64,000 nucleotides of DNA from Octopus vulgaris (lineage: Eukaryota): the NCBI GenBank assembly GCA_951406725.2, contig OX597824.1:38874001-38938000 (forward strand). Direction: 5' to 3'. The position numbers and the translations under genes were made by a program. The notes beneath the pieces were generated by a model. The model worked only from the letters and a program-made list of their open reading frames with translations, searched no databases and was not told the origin of the DNA. Below are positions 56,253-64,000 of this stretch, in pieces; position 1 is the stretch's first letter; the number at the start of each line of letters is the position of its first letter.

Positions 56253-57679
56253 TGGAAGGAAGTCCAGTGAAGAGGAAGAATAGGAAGGGACGGATAACCA
56301 GGAGAAAAGCATGCGGGTCGCTTGAACGCACACCTATTAATCAATCTGACGAAAACTCATCGTTTGTGTCTATATGTGTGTGTGTGTGCGTCTATATGTA
56401 CACACACACATATACACACATACATATATAAGCCCTTGTAACTTTGACATATTAATACGTACTTCAAAAATAATTTAGATTCAATATTCATAGTTTCAAA
56501 TTTATTATCTAAAATTCTAAATTAGTCTAAAATTCTAAATATTTGGTTTTAAAATTGATATTTTGAAATATAACTTTAAGCTAATTTTCGAAATATTTTT
56601 TTTGAAATCCATGTTTTAAGAAACTATATATTTAAGGCGGTGTTCTTGCTGAATTTTTAGCACGCTGGGCAAAAATGCTTACCAATATTTCCTACGTCTT
56701 TACATTCTGAGTTCCATTTCCGCCTACGTCGACTTTGTTTTTCATCCCTTAAGGGTCGATAAAATAAGTACCAGTTGTACACGGGTGTCAATATAATCGA
56801 CTTACACCTTCGCCCGAACTTGCTGTCCTCGTACCAGAGTTTCAAACCAATCTTTTAAATATTTAGGGCGGCGTGCTAGCAGAATCGTTAGCACGTTGGG
56901 CAAAATCACCAGTATTTCGTCCGTCTTTATGTTCTAAGTTCAAATAACGCCAAGGTCGACTTTACTTTTCATCTTTTCGGGTTAATAAAGCAAATACAAA
57001 TTGACTAGTGATGTTGAAGTATTTGATGTACCCTTGTTACCCCTAAATTGTTAGGTTGCGCCAATCTTTGACACCAATGTTTCAAATATTTACCTCTAAA
57101 ATTGATACCTGTGTATTTCGTTTTTTTTTCGTGGTGCATAGGTTCTTTTTAATGTGAATATTCATTAACTCTTAGTCCTAACACGTGCTGGCGAATGCAT
57201 GTCAAGCTAACCATCACCAGCCTAGAAACATATCTAACACTGATGAAGCTATTACTATGAGAATTAATAGACATGAGAGAAAAAAATCTCTTAACTTTTA
57301 TCGTTTTACTTCCTTGAATCATTGGACTGCAGTCATGCTGAGATGCCAGATTGAAGGGTTTAGATTAATGAATCGACCCCAATACTTATTTTTAAAGCAT
57401 AATACTTATTCCATCGGGTCTCTATTATCGAGCTGCTAACATTACGGAGACGTAAACAACACCGATTAAAAAGCGGTGGTGGAGGTCTTTACCCTTTACC
57501 TTTATTAAACTACATGATTCTGAATTCGACCCCACTGCGCAGTACTTTGATTAAATAACTTCTACCATAGCCTCGGATTAGCCAAAGCGTTGTGTGTGAC
57601 ATTTGGGACATGGAGATTGCGAGGAAGCCTACAAAATAAACATTTTCTGTGTTTAGGTGGTAAACTTAATCCATCATTC

Positions 57680-58100
57680 AGTCTATTCCCTCCGCACCGA
57701 GGTGGGGACGCTGGCAACGGGTAGTGTCAGAGTTATGCCGTCGAGAACTTCGATTCCTGGTAGGGCCACCCAAGGCGGATTGGTCTGACACCGAGTGGTG
57801 GTAGGGCCACCCAAGGCGGATTGGTCTGACACCGAGTGGTATTAGCGCCACAACCCGGCAGAAAATCCTCGGAGTGTCTGTTTCGGCAACCGGCGGCTCC
57901 TCGGTCGTTCTGTCCCTGCGTCTGCGGACAATCTGCGGCAAACAGGATGTCTCTACATGCGGGATTGTTGGGGACCGATTGTGAAATTCATATTCCACAC
58001 GAAACTTCGTCCACTGCCATGGTTCGAGATGCCTCGAGGGTGGTAGAAGAAGCCGACTCAACCCGCCCAGGGCGAATGTCGCCACAAGTAAGTAAAGTAG
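57680..58100 (+). mobile_element. Probable RTE-clade LINE 3' end with 41-bp internal tandem duplication
   Basis: GC-rich island ending ACCCGCCCAGGGCGAATGTCGCCAC-AAGTAAGTAAAGTA. GGTAGGGCCACCCAAGGCGGATTGGTCTGACACCGAGTGGT occurs twice. Confidence 0.5.
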
Positions 58101-59177
58101 CTAACAGTACCACCTGGTCCTATTTGTGCTTTTAGCGAACTCTACCTTGTTGCAAGTTTTCGAGCTAAACCTCAGTTCTAAAAGTAACTTACTCCTCTCT
58201 TTTTATCAGTCAGTGAGGTCCAGAAAACGATCATGAACGTTGCACTTTAGCTTCTAACAGCGCCTATAAGAAAAAGCGTTTACTGCAGACAATCTGTTTT
58301 AGAATGGTATTCTGATACATCTCTCACTTTCACCAGACCGTCATTTATTTATAACTGAGGATTTTACTACATCGTTTAACAACCACTCATGGTTTACAAA
58401 AGGACTGTGAGATAATTTATACAAATAAGGGACACAGCTGATGTCATAGTTCATATATAACTAATATATAATGTCCTGCATTATTTCATTGTATTTTTCT
58501 TCAACAAGTTGTACTCAACTTTCACGCACACATACTTGCATACACACGCGCTTACACACAAATATATACAAACAATACAGATACACCCCACCTACATTCA
58601 CACATATAATTAGGAAACCTTAGACAAGACGATACTATCATTAATATTGGGGTTCACAAAGTAAACATTAAATTTACAAACTACCGGCAACAACTTAATG
58701 ATAGGTTGTCTAAATTATACAGGAATTGCCGACTACAGACATTGAAAGGAAAATTCATTGCTCTTAAATTAGAAATACAAGCGGTTCAAGGGAGGAAATT
58801 CATTTTTGTAGAAATTATACAAAAATGTAAGATTCACGCTTGTAAGTTTGTATGGAATCAACAAGCTGTACATCGCAGTCTGAATGGCCACCCCATACAA
58901 TTTGAGAATTCTCCTCGGGATGGATTGAAGTCATCTTGGGGCGTGGATAAATTGAAAGGGTTGCGATTAAGTAAGGCCGAATGTATTATGTAGTGAATTC
59001 TATGCAATCGTTCATCGATAAAGTAATTGAAAAAGAAATGAATGAAAAATAACAGAGGAAATCTTTTAGCGAGATATTGGTACAGTAATTTTAAGTTCTA
59101 CAGAAGGACCTTGTCTGAGATATCTGATTGGTACCAGTTTAACAGTAAATACTCAAAGCTAAAATAGAAACCGGATA

Positions 59178-59580
59178 ACAAATATGCTACATTCTTAAAC
59201 ACCATGTGACAAAAAATGCTACATACCTAAACACCATTTAGCAAAAATGCTACATACCTAAACACTACGTGACAACAATATTACATGACAAAAATGCTAC
59301 ATACTTAAACACCGCGTGATAAAAATGCTACATACCTAAGCACCATGTAGTAAAAGTGTTACATATCTAAGCATCATGTGACAAATCATTTTACATGTCT
59401 TAATACCGTATGGCAATAATGCTACATAAACACCATGTCGCAAATATTACATTCTTAAATCCTATATAACAAAAATGCTACGAACTTAAACCTCTTGTGA
59501 CAAAAATGTTATATACTTATGTTACAACACTATGTGACAAAAGTGTTGTAGAATTAAACACCATGTGAAAAATGCTACAT
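59178..59580. repeat. Diverged ~31-bp minisatellite, about 13 units
   Basis: Consensus close to ACAAAAATGCTACATACTTAAACACCATGTG. Confidence 0.9.
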
Positions 59581-60521
59581 GGTCGTGGCTGGAAATCATT
59601 GATTGTAAGTTGGCTGGATCAAGAACTGACCTGGTGCTGAATAATAATTACAGATTGGTGACTTATAAATGGTTAGAAAGCAGTAGCATTGCTAACAGGA
59701 GAGCAAAGGAAGCGACTGCACCCCACTTACACATTTTTCATAATTGGCGCCCTTTCAACAATTTTGTATAACTATTTAATTCGCTTATTGTGATAAAAAT
59801 CGAATTTTTTTTTTATCTTTGTTAATCGCTTGGCCTTGGAAGAACTTTCTGGAGTCATTACATTATTTGACCAACTGTCAGCTCAGTATCCTGTGATGTG
59901 TTGGTGACCGCTGATATCTGATGAACCAAAATAAACCATGACGTCATAATCTCTCGACACTAGACGATCTCGTGGAGTTTCATCTTTTTCACACCAATAT
60001 CAGTAGTTACTGAAACACGAAATTGTTACTGAAACATGACATTAATGAATGCTGAATACAATTACGTATACTATAACTCATGAAATAGTTCGCGTAATAT
60101 ATGAGGACTGATTTAAAAGTTGGTTGATGTGCCACGGTGCCCTTTTATATTTGTTCGCTACCCCACTAACTTTAAAACCTGGCTACGTCTCTGGTAGCAA
60201 GGAGTTAAGAACTCGGAGGAACAGCATCTTATGTACAAAACTATTCCAGTTCAGTAACAGCATGGTTAGATAATAACAGTAGTGCTTAATAATTTTTTTT
60301 TTATTTATGGACCCCTCTGATTTCTTTTTTTTACTCCGGTGGACCCTCATATGTTTTAAAGCTAGTTTTATAAAATACTTCTTTTCAAATACCTATTTTG
60401 TTTTACATATATTAACTTGTATAGATTTGCAATAGCATTCTCTGAGAGAACATATTTCAGTAACCGGAAACGTTAAGCGTTAAAGAAACCCAGTTGTTCC
60501 TTGCAATAATCACAACTAAAG

Positions 60522-60869
60522 CAGTGGTTCTCAACCGGTATCTATATGGCCCCTGAGGTTCCATATAAGACTTTGAGGGTCCACGCAACAAAATAGTAAA
60601 TTGGGAATCCACAATAGTATTTTCAGGGCCGTTGAAAAAATTTTGCTGTCGTTGCATGTATTGGTATGTATTGCACGAAACAGTTTGGTTTCTTTCTGTG
60701 GTGTTTTACATAGTTCCACCTACACAAGAAAACATATGAAAAACGAAATAAGAGTTTTGTAAGGAGATACTATAAAACTAGTCTTTAAACATCGAATGGC
60801 TATGTGGGTCTACCAGAATAAAATAATTATCAAAGGGGTCCCTAGATAAAAAATGGTTCAGAACCCCTG
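60522..60869. mobile_element. hAT-family MITE (related fragments at about 60278-60440 and 60880-61000)
   Basis: CAGTGGTTCTCAACC ... GGTTCAGAACCCCTG termini. Internal similarity to 27567-28577. Confidence 0.65.
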
Positions 60870-61287
60870 AAAACAAAATGTTTTCATGGACTCCTGAAAT
60901 ATTATTGTGGCTCTCCAATCTATTTCTTTGCTTGGGTGGACCCCCAAAACCTTATGTGGTCCCCTAAGAGTATTAAAGGACCCTATTGAAGATATGAACC
61001 CAGAGATACATGGTTAAAATCTTGACAAGGGGACTAGAGTACAAGGCTTTGCGTCCTACCGCGTTTGTCACATCGCCGACTCAACTACACCACCGGCTTG
61101 GTGGTGTCGGTAATGTGCGACCAACGATATTAAAAAAAAGAAACCTAAGGAAAAAAGCCACCTAGGAACATTTACTCATATATGAGTGAACACATACCCC
61201 CTACCATCGTCGCTATCACTAGCACATACCCTTAGGCTGACCCCCTCCCCCTCACATCCTCACCACCTCTTCTCTGACTCTCCCCAC

Positions 61288-61353
<66 letters not shown>

Positions 61354-61791
61354 TACACACATATCAGCACAAACAAAAACCTGGCCATCTATCTCTGAAG
61401 CGGACCATTTTGAGGCAGTCGGCTGTGATGAAAGAACACACAGGGAATTAGATCACGTGATATAAACGCGGGTTACAAGGTACTCAATTAGCAGCTATCA
61501 CTTTAGGGACAACATAAACTCATACATACACACACACACACACACACACACATATATTCGGGGTAGTGTGGGTATGGGCATGGGTATTTGTAAATGAAAA
61601 AGGTGGCGGTCTAAGGGTGAGAGGGCGGGTGACGGACGAATATACCCGTATATATGTCATTTCTTGTCGGTTTTGTAATTTTTTCCTTTTTCCCTTTTCT
61701 TTTTTTCCTTACCTTTCTTCTTGCTTACTGCCTTTCCCCAACTTGTCTTCTATTTTTATTCCTTCTTTCTTTCCTTCCTTCCTTTATTTAT

Positions 61792-61868
<77 letters not shown>

Positions 61869-62465
61869 AATAATATTATTGTTGTTGTTGTTATCATCGT
61901 TGAAGTGGGGAGTCAAGTACTGGTCAATTAAGGGGGAAAAAGAGAGAAAAGAAAGAATGAATGAAAAACAAAATAAATAAATAAATAAATAAATAGAATA
62001 AATGAAAGATAGAGAAATAGAAAGATATAAAGATAGGAAAGCATGAAAGGATGAAAGAACAAGGATTAAGAATAAGAATAAGAATAATGACATGTAATTA
62101 ATGAGAAGGAATACACGAACGAGAGAATAAACGAACGAAGGATAGAAAGAATCGTTTTGATAATAGTCTAGAAAGAAAGGAAGGACAAACAGCAAAAGAG
62201 AGATGTGAGGACAATAAGGAAAGAAGAAAAAGAAAATAGGACTGAAAGGAAAGCATATTAGGATAGCTCATTGGTCAGGTCTCACACACCACTGGATATT
62301 AGGTTAGTCTATCGAAGTCTTTCTTAGATTGCACTCTATTGTCTTTAAATAAATGAAGAGCACATTGGATAATGTAGTTAGCCTTAGAAGTAACTATGCT
62401 ACCTGAAAATATGAGCCGTTAATCATCCATGTGTCTGCTGGATAAGAACTGACTTGTGTCTAAAA

Positions 62466-62743
<278 letters not shown>

Positions 62744-62744
<1 letters not shown>

Positions 62745-64000
62745 GACTTGTAGTGACACCACCAAAAACACCACCTAAAGCAAAACGTATAAAATGGACC
62801 AGAGAGGACTATAGAGATGTGTTGAAAGCTTTTTATACAGCCCAACTAAACCCAAACAATAACCTCAGTGTACAAACATACATCTCATGGAGAAATTCAG
62901 TAGGCAATGACATACGTAGATATATAGACGCAAATAAATTAAGTAATGTACGCAGAGATATAATTAAAAACAAAAGACTAACTGACGCTGAAATTGACAA
63001 AATTAGGACACTAATAGCTTATGGTAGACCAAAAGAAAACAGCAACAATGTAGACGAAATAGGTAACAGTAGCACAGAAGCCAGTGTACAAGCTGCAAAT
63101 CAACTTTCCAATGGGGAAGTTAAACAAAGAATAGCGAAGACGAGAGATTTGAAAAAAGAGGAGAACGTAGACCTTCCTCAAGAAAACCAAAATAGATATG
63201 ACATAGAATTTGAGGTGAATAATAGAGAAAAGATTATGGAAGCAAAAGTGGACATTATGAGAGAACTCGGCAAGATTGAGCTCACTGACATGGTTAATAG
63301 AGAACCACTACCAAAGTTTTCAAATGGCACAAGAAATAACAACACAATCATGACATATAACGTTGCCCTAGGACAGATCTTAAGAAATAAGGGGAATGAT
63401 TTGACAACCTTAAATAATCTCATTTATTCCACTGCTAAAGTAGTAACTACCCAACTAGGTATTAAGATGACAAAGAAAAAGGCCAGGCATGTCAATGAAC
63501 CTCCTAAGTGGAAAGTAGCGATACAAAAAGAGATTGAATCTCTGCGGGCTGATGTTTCAATTCTCGATGAGCTTGCTAGAGGAGTGAATATTAAGCCGAG
63601 AAAAGCTAGAAAAATCAAGCAAAAATATAAAATCAAAGATCTCATAAACCTCCCTGCAACTAAGGAACTGTTGAAACAACGGATACAGTTGAAAGCTCAA
63701 CGGCTTAGAAGGTATGACAAAAGAAACAAATTTTATCGACAAAATAAATTTTTTAAGACAGATGCAAAGAAATTTTATAGGGAAATTGGCAAAAATAAAA
63801 TACACATAGAAGATCCACCTAAGATTGAGGAAGTGGAGGAGTTCTGGAAGAAGGTATGGAGCAACGAAAAAGAGTTTAATGCTGAGGCTGACTGGATAGA
63901 ACGTGAGAAAGAGAGACTGGATGAACTTGAAGAACAGAAATGGGAAGCAATAGGAATAGAGGAGCTAAGGTGTGTCCTTAGGAAGGCTCATAAATGGAAA
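62744..64000 (+). mobile_element. R4/Dong-clade retrotransposon ORF, uninterrupted, truncated by the window edge
   Basis: About 419 codons with no stop on manual translation: KRIKWTREDY..YIDANKLSNVRRDIIKNKRLT..PPKWK..KAQRLRRYDKR..RQNKFF..D.KKFYRE..EEFWKKVWS..KAHKWK. Starts directly after (TAA)n. Confidence 0.85.

Noticed and set aside
59178-59580. CRISPR-like periodicity
   Set aside because: Units are contiguous and diverged with no unique spacers, the context is eukaryotic, and there are no cas genes.
61440-61480. CACGTG next to TATAAA, suggesting a promoter
   Set aside because: No downstream gene or exon evidence; short motifs are expected by chance.

Overview
Repeat-dense, AT-rich animal genomic DNA. 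It is inferred to be cephalopod (Octopus-like) from the SINE families and the extreme microsatellite load. The only host gene recognised is the 3' half of a Wnt2 orthologue on the + strand: three coding exons at 2564-2841, 5776-6040 and 19000-19220, with the 5' exons lying upstream of the window. Everything else is intron or intergenic DNA. It is filled with tRNA-derived SINEs, Tc1/mariner/pogo/hAT/Merlin-like DNA transposons and MITEs, Helitrons, LINE remnants (CR1-group, L1/Tx1, RTE, R4/Dong, Penelope) and microsatellites. Almost all ORFs in the supplied track are microsatellite artefacts. Five signals stand out. (i) A recurring architecture of hairpin-headed inserts sits in (TA)n-type microsatellites, including an 886-bp nested palindrome. 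(ii) Six minimal hammerhead-ribozyme-like motifs of the Penelope type are present, some with non-canonical cores (an apparent G3-C8 swap and a C9). (iii) A Wnt2 exon uses a rare GAG splice acceptor next to a competing CAG that leads straight into a stop. (iv) An uninterrupted R4/Dong ORF runs off the right edge and is missed by the ORF track. (v) There is a triple-nested hAT/LINE/Helitron insertion. All calls were made by eye, with no database searches.
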